Shown: in pieces, positions 38,724-52,030 of the stretch
Position numbering within the stretch: the first letter of the stretch is position 1
How the letters are laid out: each line of letters begins with the position of its first letter
Assembly: GCA_951804945.1 (NCBI GenBank)
Contig: OX638153.1
Coordinates: 82,522,001-82,586,000, forward strand
Direction of reading: 5' to 3'
From: Podarcis cretensis
Taxonomy: Eukaryota
DNA length: 64,000 bases
The notes under the pieces: generated by a model
The model's database searches: none
What the model was told of the DNA's origin: nothing
What the model saw: the letters and a program-made list of their open reading frames with translations, nothing else
Position numbers and translations under genes: made by a program

Positions 38724-38861
38724 CCCAGTTTTATCGCAAAGTCGTAAGGTGTGAAAGGACCCCACAGCAAATAACTCCCCATCCAGAGCCCAAGCAACAG
38801 AAGTGATAGGATACTCATGCGACTGTGAACTATACAATAGACGACCATAGCTATCCCACAC
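38724..38861 (-). CDS. IFT80: IFT80 coding exon c7 ([46 protein letters not shown])
   Basis: Manual translation; TAG acceptor, GTAAGT donor; 138 nt. Confidence 0.96.
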
Positions 38862-39697
38862 CTATAAAACCATTAAAAGATCATTGTTAATGACATCATA
38901 TTTCAAAGGAGTCTTACTTGTTTTCCAAATACAAATCATGTTTCAGAACTACATAACATTTCTTGTATATTACCCAAAGTGGGAGCAATGGCTATTTCCA
39001 GTCCTTTCTCCACTCCCACCCTTTATATCCACTCTCCAAGTGGAGGATCTGTCCAGATCTTTCCCTTTGCTCTACATGCTACAATGGATTAAGGTTCATA
39101 AATAATGGGATACCTTGGATATGTGTGGCTGGGGGTACTACTGAAGTAATTGACATGGGGGAAACCAAGAGTAGTACCAGGTCTGCTCAGATGTTTTATG
39201 TATCTCATCATCCGTATTCCGTGCCCCCAGTTTGATATTCTGAAGTTCATTCCTTCAAATAGTCACCTTACCCCACACCTTATTTAGAGTATGTGCACAG
39301 GCATTTCCTTCTTTGGACCAGTTACACAGCATGAGATCCTTGGAACACTATGTGATCCAAGTAAAAAGGTCATTTGGCTTGCTCAGTATGGGCAGACTGA
39401 GGTAATATGGGTTATATCCAACTAAGTTCTACTCATAATAGACTGATTAGAATTAATGGATCTAATTTAGTAATATCTATATCTATATTACAGTTTTGAT
39501 TTACCAGTCTATTTAGTTTTTTATGATGCAATCACTCTTACCTCGCTGTTCTTCTATGAAAATAATTTTTGTTCTAGTGTGGGCAGGCATAAGCAGTACT
39601 TTAAAAATATTTAGCCATAAATAAGGTTGGCTGATATATTTATTCTGAAGAATAAAAGACATTTAAAGGAATGTGTTCTGAATAACAAACTCTTTTA

Positions 39698-39892
<195 letters not shown>

Positions 39893-41850
39893 TTACAAAG
39901 AGCTACAATTGCAAGATGTAAATTCTATTATCATTCATTAAATTTGTATACTGCCCTTCATCTAAAGATCAAAATACAAAAATACAAAATGAGAACACAA
40001 AATACATAATAGAAACAAGAACAAACCAATAACCCTCACTCCCACAAACACATTTAAAAGCCCATAGAAAGTTAATCACCACAGGCGAGGTTAAAGAGAA
40101 ACATTTTCCCCTTGTGCCTAAAGATACGTAATGAAAGCACCAGGAACACCTCCCTGGGGAGAGCATTCCAAAGCAGTTCCTGCACCAAAACAGGGCCTAA
40201 ACCCCAGTTGAAATGGATCCAGAAAATCTAACACTGGCCCAGCAACATATCCAGTGTCCTCTGTCTGCTAGCACAAGGGCTCTTGTGCTGGAGGACAAGT
40301 GAGTTTTAATATAGCGCAACAAGGGAAACCAATGCAACCATTACTCTATTAGAAAATCAATGTACAATGATTACATAATCTATTGTACAACAAAGCAACC
40401 TGCTTATCCATTCTCTTTCACAACAACTTTCTGCTGGTGTAAAACATTTTGCCAGCAGAACAAGCAGACCACTAAGTGACCTAACTTAACACTATACTGC
40501 ATACAATTCTAAATATTAACAGGTTGCAGTTTTAGGCTGGCAAGCCATTTCAACCATATTGGGGGGGGGGAGGACAGCAGCATAATTGATAAGTTGTTTT
40601 AAAAACAAAGCTTTTAAAGGTCATGTCATGTGAGGACAGCTAAGATCAAATAAACTAACTATATATACAATAAACTGATATAGCCATATATTACTTTTGC
40701 AACAGAGCTCTCTCTAAGTTAGGTTGCACAATCCATATAAAAACATTTGGATAGATAAAAGTTAAATGTTCACCCACTGTGTACTTTTTGGATAATTTTT
40801 TTTAAAAAATGGCCTAAGTTCTGCAATGTAGGGTGAATAGTTATCAATCCACATGTGTTCCAATGTTTAGGACTATATGCACTTTTAGGTGTCAGTCCTG
40901 TTAAAATGCTGTGCTGGTGCACACTTAATATTCATGACTGATTAACTGTGCTTAAACAATCAGGACTGGGTTGCAAGATTTTGTGCTCTTTCTTCCCAGT
41001 GGTTCCCTACTTGAGTGAGTGCAAATCCCTTTCTCCCCAGCCTCCTCAATCATGATTAAGCATTACATCAGCACCACTTTCAACCACAGTTTCTAAACTT
41101 ATTTCAAATTCTGGCTAAGTCTGGTTAGACTTAATTGCAGTTAATATTGATCCCCTGTAATGCTTAACTGTGGTTTTAATGAGTGATTGTGCAACCTCTG
41201 TTAAGGAAAGTAGAAGTGTTATGTGTACATACAAACAGTTGCACTACCTTTTAAGAAGCGTAATTAGAATAATAGCACCATGTGAAGAGAATGCCCATTT
41301 ATTTCACAGGATTACAACAACTGCCTTGAACTGTCTGGTGCCAGGCAAAAACATTCCTCTTTACCCTGGCTTATGGCTATTAAATAATCCTGTGGGGGAG
41401 TGGACAGTTATTACGATGACTATGTCATTATTATGCTGTCTGTCAGTATGTTTTTATTATGTTTTTATCTTCTGTAATGTGCTTTTTATATTGTATACTG
41501 CCCTGGGATCTTCTGATAAAGGGTGGTATGTAAACTGAATAAATAATAATCCTAATAATAGTTGTAATGTGGATACTGAGGCTCTGTTCCACACATGAAC
41601 TTGCATATATGAAAGTACTGTATTCTCTATACCAACACTGGTGAGTTAGTCCTTAACACTGTTGTGAATGACAATGTTCCTGCTAAAATAATAACATAAT
41701 AATAATTTTATTATTTATACCCCAACCATCTGGCTGGGGTTCCCCAACCACTTCTGATGAACACACAGTTTTTTATTATATAAATATTTTATATAAATAT
41801 ATATAAATATAAATATCCTGAAGCAGTATGAAAGGCTAAATCCCATTTCA

Positions 41851-42464
<614 letters not shown>

Positions 42465-44468
42465 TCTATTAGTAAGAAATCCTGCTAACTTGCTGAGTAA
42501 GGCCCCATATTTTCTAGCACTGATATCTGATCTGTTTTAAAAAGGCAAATTTACAGAGACTGGACTGTTAAAAATGGATGGAAGTTGTAACCAAGGTCAG
42601 CTACTGTGGCATGCAACTATTATTTATTTGTTGAACCGGGAGGTTCACAGAATAAAAATACAAGATAAAAACACAAGATACATAATAAAAACAAGAACAT
42701 AACAAACCAATAACCCCAACTGTTGTTGTAAACTTACAAACCACTACCTGGGAGGGACAGGCCCATGGGCACCAACTAGTGAGATGCGTTCCTGCTTGCC
42801 AAAAGGCACTTGGAGGTTAGCAGGCCAATAGGTTAAGAAAGCAATGATACACAGGGAATTCTCTTTTCCTGAAGACTTTACAAAGCATAAGCCTCTATTG
42901 GAAGGTGTTTCTATCTGGGCTGGCTTCTTGTGGAAATGGTTAGGGTTTTCAATGGAGTACTAAAGAGAAATCCAATGTTGTGCTAGAGGATTTCACTTTT
43001 CTCTCCTCCCTCCTGCACTCCTCCACATGTGCAGAAGGAGGGGAGCAGAGGAAGTCATGTTGTGTGAGCAGAGGTCCTTTCTGAAAGCAGGTGAGCAGAA
43101 TTAGATGTCGTCTTTAGATTTTAGGTCTTTAGTTATTGTTACGTATTTATCACCAGTGGGCTAATGAGTTCAAACAAAAAGAGTCTGGCTCCAGCTGGCA
43201 GCAATTTCAGTCCTTAAAAAGACAGCACATCAGACTAATCCAGAGTACCTGGAGGGGAATAACCAAACTCAGTGTTGATGTATGTCAAAGTTTATGTCTG
43301 TACAGGATCGAAGCAGAGCAGGAAGGGCAGGAAGGAGGAGCTGAGCAAATAACAGGGATTAGCAGCAGGCTGTTTCTGATTCCACCACTAGCAAAGCTAT
43401 AAAACAGCAAAGTTCTAGCAGAAGACTGCTCTAAAAAACATGATTCAAACAACAGCCAAGGGTGTTGAAGATTAAGAGAGGTACAGTAGAGGTTGCTGCT
43501 GCCACTGAGAGAGACAGGAAAAGATAAAGAATGGAGATTGGCTATATGAGTTAACATAGCTGCATTCCACATGCTTAGAAGGTCTGGGCTTGACATATAC
43601 AGTATTAGCTATCATTACAGATTTGGATTAAAAGGTCTGTTGGTATGCCTAGGTCTAATTAAACTAATTAAATTACTTAATTAAAAATATATACCGTAAG
43701 CAAAAGCAGGGAATAATCCTTTTGATGTAATGGGGTTTTAATGTGCACCGCAGATGCTACCCGTGAAACTTTGCTTCCTTTCACACGCATTAAAAACAGA
43801 CAGCACTGACATATTTTTCAATACTGTGAGACTTGCCTGATTAAAAGTAAAAGATACTAGCATGTGCCTTATCTGCATTCCAACAGTAAAATCTGCACTG
43901 CTTGAAAGCTACATGTATATTTACAGATATATAGGGTTTTATAACAATGGAGTGCAGATTTCAGATATCATTACCACCTCAATCAATAAATTAAGATGCC
44001 AATGAATATTAGATTGCTTTGGTTTATTTTATTTTTATTGGCAAAGGTGCTTTGGTTGCTATGGCTAGTTCCCATGAACCCATATTCAAACAGTATTTTC
44101 TGAATTAGGCCCTAGTAAATAAGTGAAAGGTTGAGTTTTGAAAACGAAATGTAAAATAAGTTTTCTTGCCCTTTTTTTACCCTCCTTTGTTATCTAAGCT
44201 TCAACTTCTTCTCTTTTGTAATATGTGATATATATTCTACACAAGCTTCTATTACAGTGGTTTTAAAGAACCTCCAAATGTGCTGATGAGATTTTGACTA
44301 TGATTCTCCCTTTGTGCTGTCTTTTAACTTATCCTCTCACAGCTCTTTCCAGCCTGAGGAACAAATACAGAGCGCTGTTCTGCAGACCTGAAAGGGCACA
44401 ACAGGGGTAACATAAATTTCAGGGCTGAACAAGGAAGCTGGAGTAGCTCCACAATGATCTGTCTAGTA

Positions 44469-44710
44469 CAGTGGTACCTCGGGTTACATACACTTCAGAT
44501 TACAGACGCTTTAGGTTGCAGACTCCGCTAACCCAGAAATAGTACCTCGGGTTAAGAACTTTGCTTCAGGATGAGAACAGAAATTGTGCTCCGGTGGCAC
44601 GGCAGCAGCAGGAGGCCCCATTAGCTAAAGTGGTGCTTCAAGTTAATAACAGTTTCAGGTTAAGAATGGACCTCCGGAACGAATTAAGTACTTAACCCGA
44701 GGTACCACTG
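44469..44710. mobile_element. Tc1/mariner MITE, family A
   Basis: Perfect TIRs; TA TSD. Confidence 0.9.
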
Positions 44711-45203
44711 TAGCAGAAACAGGACTGCGGTAGTAGGCAGAAGAAGCAGGTGGGGAGGACAAGGCAACTGGAAAAGAGGCAGTGGAGAAAGGGCAAGAAG
44801 GTGGGATATAAGGAAATTGTACATTTCTATAAGTGGGAGTCTGGACCAAATAATTTTTAAAAAAAACAACAGTACAAATTCTACTAAAAACAGAAGTAGC
44901 AAATTAACAATAAGGCAAGAAAAAAAAATGAATTTTAAAAGCAGAGATGATAGTACTGTATCTATGTGGGAGGAATTTTGAGTGGGAAAGATTGGGAGCT
45001 TATTTTTCACTATATTCCAGCAAGATACCCAATAAGAGAAACCGATGAAACAGCCAGAAACACAATATTTGGGAGGCAATGGTAGGGGAAAATTCGAATG
45101 TTATGGTCCTCACACAGAAGCTGGAAAGAAACATCTTCAGCATGATGGAGGATTGGGGACGTGTAATGAGTGACAGCATTTTGACTGGTCACAAATTTAT
45201 GTA

Positions 45204-45442
45204 CAATGGTACCTCGGGTTACATACGCTTCAGGTTACATACGCTTCAGGTTACAGACTCCGCTAACCCAGAAATAGTACCTTGGGTTAAGAACTTTGCT
45301 TCAGGATGACAACAGAAATCATGCGGCGGCGCATCAGCAGCGAGAGGCCCCATTAGCTAAAGTGGTGCTTCAGATTAAGAACAGTTTCAGGTTAAGAACG
45401 GACCTCTGGAACGAATTAAGTACGTAACCAGAGGTACCACTG
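45204..45442. mobile_element. Tc1/mariner MITE, family A
   Basis: TIRs with 1-2 mismatches; TA TSD. Confidence 0.88.
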
Positions 45443-47892
45443 TATTGGGATGAGAGCATGCAAAGGCTGTGAGGAGTCAGAAGACAAGAATCAGGACTCA
45501 AGCTAGATTTAATACTCTCAACTGACTTTCTTTATCCTTTAGATTTAAGAGTTGGGCAAATAGATTACTAAAATAGCATAATATGTTATTATCTGAAAGG
45601 TAAACTAATTTATTAGTTTTTACTAGCTTATCTTCTAGTATGCCGGGGGGCGGGGCGGACAAATCTGCTTCATTACCTGGGGCAATTCTAAATTGTGCTA
45701 ACCCTGTGTATATGATCCAGTCAACATGAAGTGCTCTGAAGAGTAACTGAATCAATTAGTGAGCACAATCCATGTTACTTTGTATAAGCCTATGAAATTA
45801 AATAAAACCTTTTTTAAAAAAGTTGCCTTTCCTTCCGTTCTTGCCTATCCTATCCTTCTTTGCTCTCTCAGTCCATTTGTCCATTAGGCCTAAGTCTCAT
45901 ATTTACGGTAAGTGATGAGCATTTTAATAAGAAATCAGAAAAACTGTGTTTGAAATTAAAATACTTCTGAATACATTCACTAACTTCTGCTAAAATTATT
46001 TTTATAATGCATTTCAAAAATACACAAATGCATCTAAAATGTTAAAAATATCAGGTAAGAATAATATCCAGTATTGCTAGCTTGCTTGAACACATGAAAC
46101 TTTCAGAAGAAAGCAAGACCCTGCCAGGAATAAGGCACAAACATTCTATTAACTGTGTTGATAGAAAACTAAATGTCAACATGTACTGTTGGCTCATCTT
46201 GGGGGTTTTTCACAGCAAATGAGAAAACATGCTGCATTTGTGATAGAAACTTCCTTCAAACAGTTGAAATCTCTTTGTCTTTTATTTTTGTGGTTAGAAA
46301 TGTCTTTCATAGGCTAAGAGAATTTAGAGATTTTGTTTGAGAAAGGAAGAGATAAAGGTCTGACATTTCACCAAACCCAGCTGCATGTGACTTCTTAATG
46401 TCAAGAGAGTGCAAGATCTAAATGTACAAAGGTAAAGAAGAGTTGGGTGTTTTGAATGAAACAGAAAATGAACACAAAATATTTTGCTGAAAAGTACTGA
46501 AAAGTGCATATTTAAAATATATTAGCTCCAAATCACAATGAAATATCCTGTTATGTTTTATTCTATTTGTTTATAAAAATAATAAAACTGCCTTTCAGAG
46601 TACACTGCACTCACAAGGTGGTGTACAAAATTACATTAGCAAAATAGACCATATAAATCACAGATTAAACCACGCTACAGACCTTTTATAAACAGCAGAA
46701 ACAATGAATGAAAACGCAACAGTTAAGTAAATACAGATCAAAATAAAAGCAGCTAAAGAGGTTTTTTAAACATTCTAAGCTCAGTATAACTTGTGCTTAA
46801 CAAAAAGAGAGAGGTATGAACAGATGTGCTGGAATGTGGATGAGGATGCACATTCCAGTGAGAGTAATGCTCCACACTCAGATACGCATATTCCAATGCA
46901 TATATGGATGCACATCTGATTTGTGGGTATCATTTTAAATTAATGCAAGTGATTCATGCATGAAAGCCTTCTTAATTGGTTCATCTACTAAGAGGCAGAT
47001 GATTAATCAATAAATGTTCCCTTTACATAAGAATATAGGAAGAATCCTGCTAGATCAGACCAAAGGCCCATTTAGTCCCGTGGTCAGCTAGATGTGTGCA
47101 ATAGCAGTCTCCCCACTTGTAATTCCCAACAACTGATATACAGGGGCATGCTGCCTCTGACAGTAGTGGTGGAACATAGCCATCGGGGCTAGAAGCCAGT
47201 GCAGTCTTACACTCCATGGATTTGTCTGGCTGGAAAGCTACCACTGTTGTGTTCCTACAAGTGGTAGCCAGCATAGGAACACCTCTTATTGGGCATGGTG
47301 AATGGGGAGAAGCAGCAAGGGGTGCAGCAATTTGCCATGTCCTGGGAATGGAGAGATAACGCACTGGAAAATGGAGTCTATTACAGTACCATCATTAAAG
47401 GAGGGACAAGCAGATGATGCTTGTCACCACCTCCATTCTAACTTCCAGGAGTGCCAGCTTGGCCCCGCGACTGTGGGTGCCTGGGGTTGTGGGTGCCCAG
47501 CCCCTTAATGGGGAATTTTGTGGGTGTTGGGCACCCAGGGCCCCAGGGAGTTGGCACCTATGCCACTAAATCCTAATGGGACCTGGGTAGCCATGCTCAT
47601 TAGTCCTCCCACATGTCAGTCAAATAAAAAGTCACGTCAGTCCATAATAAAACTTGGCTCATCCACAACTTGACATCTTGTGTGTATTACCAAGATCTGG
47701 GTGGGCAAGCAGGGTGGTCCTGACCTCACAATTTCACATCACCCCCAAAGGCACACTCCTCCATTGTCTTGTGAGACAGACAGATGCGAACAACAATTTG
47801 TGGTACAGGGCTATTGAAGAACCAACTAATTATTCTGGGAATGTAGGAATATATACATATATTGCAGTTACATAAGATATAAAACACCTTAC

Positions 47893-47961
47893 CTTGTTGT
47901 GCTAAAGTTGATCTCAGCATTCCACTCTTAGACCATATTTTGACTTGTCCATCTTCACCAA
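47893..47961 (-). CDS. IFT80: IFT80 coding exon c4 ([23 protein letters not shown])
   Basis: Within ORF 47726..48043; TAG acceptor, GTAAGG donor; 69 nt. Confidence 0.96.
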
Positions 47962-49438
47962 CTAGAACAAAGGAACATTTAGCAATGACCTTGCAACTGA
48001 CTGAATTAAAATTCTCAATTTTAACACTCAGAATTTTAAACACTGTATTAAGTTAACTACACTGAAAAAACAAATTTAGCATACAGTACAATAAAAATTT
48101 CCTAACATTTTCTGAGGAATCACATGCCACATCATCTCATTCATCTGGAATTCCTATGCCACTCCAAAATAACCATAATAAATCATGCTCCAATGCAGTA
48201 TGTCAGTGGTTGGGGGTGGGTCATAACAGGAGGCTTCAATTGACTGGAAGAAGTGATGTAATAGCCAATGATTTTCATGTAGGAGGTGATAGAATGAGCA
48301 TGACCCTGTTTGTCCCCAAGAACTTGGAAATATATAGAATGGGAACAGATGCACACTCTACGTTTATGCTTCCTCGGAGGGTGGCTATTTCAGGGCACTG
48401 AGATTAAATGACACAGGTGGTGTGGGCCCAAAGGTTTTCTAAATCTGCTAACATTGCAATAAGTAAGGCTGGGGAACAGGGAGGTTAGCCTGTTCTCCCT
48501 CTTCCTCCAAGTGAGGGCAGAACATGCAAAATAGGAGGGGATGTAACAAGACATCCAGATGCATAAAGAAATGGAAGCATCAGGTAAGAATTTATACTGA
48601 GATAAACATTGATCATTAATTAGTTTATTTTTTTGGTTGGACCTAAGAAAGATATTACTCTACTGCTACTTTTGGGTTGTTTTTTCTAATGGACTAACAA
48701 GACTACCTGCTATTACTGTATATTGGCATTAAAGTATTTCATTGTTATAGGCAAATATTTGACAGTGAACAGACAACAGCTATTCATGGCTGGCCCAAAG
48801 TGTTTTGTTACATCACAAAAATTATAATTTTGCCTATATGCTTCTTTGTGTCTTATTGTCTACACAATAAATGACCAAGAATAGAGCAGGATACTATTCC
48901 TTATTTTTTCTAAAATGATTGGTCACAGTGTTGTGCTACATATTAGTTCATCTATACTAAATACTATCCTGATTCCTGGGTCCCATCATTAACAGATTAG
49001 AATCCTCATCGCACCTATTTGCAAGCATTCAAAAGTGATTAAAGCTAGACATGTAAATGTTAACCATTTGCAAATATAACATCCTATGAAGGGTCTGCAA
49101 TGCAGGAATCTCAACTAAAGCATCCAAGACAGATGGCCATCCAACCTCTGCTTAAAACCTCCAAGGAAGGAGAGTCTACAACCTCCCATTCCACTGTCAG
49201 AGTAGGAGATAACACCCCACAAATAAGCTCCTAAGCTGTTGATATCTGCCTTCCTCTTTGCACAGTTATGGTGCATCTCCTTGCCACAGGAGGGTGGGGT
49301 GGCCCCCTCTTTGCTTTTACTAGCAAGCAAAGATTATTGTGTTCTGTGTGTTGCGCTGTGACAGGGTCTTCAAACAGCAGGTGTCCTGTGCTTTTACATG
49401 TGTTTAATTGTTTTTGGTGTTATTTTTAATAGGGTAAC

Positions 49439-49475
<37 letters not shown>
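49439..49475. repeat. (AT)n microsatellite
   Basis: Direct reading. Confidence 0.95.
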
Positions 49476-49479
<4 letters not shown>

Positions 49480-50279
49480 TTTTTAGTTGTATCTATTTTA
49501 ATTCATGCTGCGAGCTGCCTTGAGTCCTGCACTGGGAGAAAGGTGGGATACAATACAAAAATAAATGATCCTGGAATTTTGTCACTCTGTGCAATTGCTT
49601 CTGTTGCTGGTATGCTTGGGCCAGCCCTATAGCTACTTACTGTTTTAACCAGCCTCAACAATTTAGTATCAGCAAACTTGACTATCTCTCTCCTTACTCC
49701 TAACTCTGCCTTATTTTCACTTATATAAACACAAGAATTAAATGACAAGCAGTTGCTGTGCATTTATCATGCTGTTGCTTCAAAAGCTTGCTTAACAACT
49801 TATTGAACTTTATAGGAGTTGAAACTACTCACATGTGATGCAGCCTTTGGCTAGTTGAACAGTGGGTACTGACCCTTGGCCAGGAGATTTTGATTAACCA
49901 TCATTTATTACTTTTGCAATCCTAGGACTGTGGATGGAGAGGACAATGTGCCTCTGAATAATAGTTGCTAGGAATCTAAAGTGGGGAGAGTGATGTTGTG
50001 CTTGCTGGCTTTCCATAGTCATTTGGTTGGCCACTATGAGACCAGGAGGCTGAACAAGATGGTCATTTGGTCTGATCTAGAAATGCTTTAATCTTCTTGT
50101 GTTCAATGAGAGAAAATCTCAATCTAACCCCTCTCAATATTCAGTAGACATTTAGTATGTTTTCAGTCATGTTAATTTTGTCACTAGGTTTCAGGAAAGT
50201 ACATGTTCTTTTCTATGAATGTTATACTTCACTTTTGAAGACATACTTTTGAAGACAGTTCTCCTTCATCACATTTTTA

Positions 50280-50438
<159 letters not shown>

Positions 50439-51373
50439 TCAAATATATACAAGAAGGTTCTTATCATAGCTGTGACATTGGTTAAAATAAACAATTATCT
50501 GACAAACGTCACTTGATTCTTCTAAACCTTTTTCTAATTCCTTGACTAGCCAATTAGTGATCATCCCATAGCCCAACAAATAAGCAAATTCTTCAGTTAA
50601 TAATCCTTCCTATTAATCTCATATATACCAGAAGTGAAAACTTTTTCTAGAATTAGACATTTACATCCCACTGAAATCAATGGGACAACAACTTAAGTCC
50701 CACTAACAACAGTTAACGTTAGCTGGATTAGTACCTCTATATTGGTAAACAGTTATGTATCTTCCTATACATTACCCAACTTCAAGGAACCCTTTCCCCA
50801 TTATTTCTTCATCCTTTGTATAGGCTAGTTTTTCTTAGTTTTGCAAAAGCAGATATAATCCTGAATGCAATGATAGGCCTGTGATAATTCGATCCTAACA
50901 AGAAAGTATTTTTAGAAAATTAAATATTAGTTGTTTTAAGAAAATCCTGCAGTGCTGGCCTCTCCCTGATCAAATTGATCAGGTCACAGCTACCATCTGT
51001 GATGTCATGGCACTCACTCCCAGTTTTGCTGGAGAGCCTTGCCCCTCAAGCTAAAGAACAGATCACCTCTCATCAATAAAGCCTCTCCTCCTCCCATAGG
51101 AGAGGAGTTGTGAGCAGGAGGCATTTCCCATGTTTAGCAGGGGGCGTAATGCCCCCTGCTTTGCTGTCCCTGCGCCGCACCCCCTGGCAGCCATCCAATC
51201 GGGCGGAGGCAAAATGCAGCCACACCAACGCTTCCACCTCATTGTGATATGTGAGTTTCTGGGAAAACCTCTCATCTTCCACTGAGAGCAGCACTTTTCA
51301 GCCAAACTAAAGATGGAATATGCTCACATGCTATCATCATCATCATCATCATCATCATCATCTACATCTATAG

Positions 51374-51507
51374 CAGCTTTCTCCAATCTGTCTCCCATCA
51401 GATGTTTTGGACTACAACTTTCATCAGTCCCAGCCACCATGGTCTACAGTCCCAGATGATGGGAATTATAGGCCAAAACATACAGGGTATCAGGTTGTGG
51501 AAGCCAG
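51374..51507. mobile_element. hAT (Charlie-like) MITE
   Basis: 8-bp TSD ATCTATAG / ATCTAGAG; TTTTGGACTACAACT / ATTATAGGCCAAAA internal palindrome. Confidence 0.65.
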
Positions 51508-51814
51508 ATCTAGAGAAAGGTTAGTTGTGGCACATTTGAATGACATCTTATAGTCATTCTGAATTCCAGTAGAGTGGGGATAAATATAAGATAGTCATTA
51601 ATTGTTGTTTGTGGCATATATCAGATACAGAAATCTATCCTGGTGGAAAATGTTCGTACATGAAAAACTTTATTTCGTGAACCTGAAAGACTGAAGTTAC
51701 AGCATTCTATTATGGAACAGTGCCTTAAGATTTGAAGGTAAAAAACATGTTGGGCAAGTGACCAAGACTGAAAAGATGGATTCAGAGCAGAGACATTCAA
51801 ACTGTGAAAGACAG

Positions 51815-52030
51815 TTACAGATAGGTAGCCGTGTTGGTCTGCCATAGTCAAAACAAAATAAAAAATTCCTTCCAGTAGCACCTTAAAGACCAACTAAGTT
51901 AGTTCTTGGTATGAGCTTTCGTGTGCATGCACACGTATCTGAAGAAGTGTGCATGCACACGAAAGCTCATACCAAGAACTAACTTAGTTGGTCTTTAAGG
52001 TGCTACTGGAAGGAATTTTTTATTTTGTTT
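51815..52030. mobile_element. Penelope-like insertion with inverted pseudo-LTR halves (perfect 86-bp IR)
   Basis: Arms 51849-51934 and 51947-52032; TSD TGTGAAAGACAG (51803-51814 and 52031-52042). Confidence 0.85.
51935..51972 (+). ncRNA. Minimal hammerhead ribozyme motif, identical to the 11313-11350 copy
   Basis: GTATCTGAAGAAGTGTGCATGCACACGAAAGCTCATAC. Confidence 0.78.

Noticed and set aside
48628-48710. Possible additional old Penelope end (also about 25100-25145)
   Set aside because: Too degraded to support, and no intact hammerhead core
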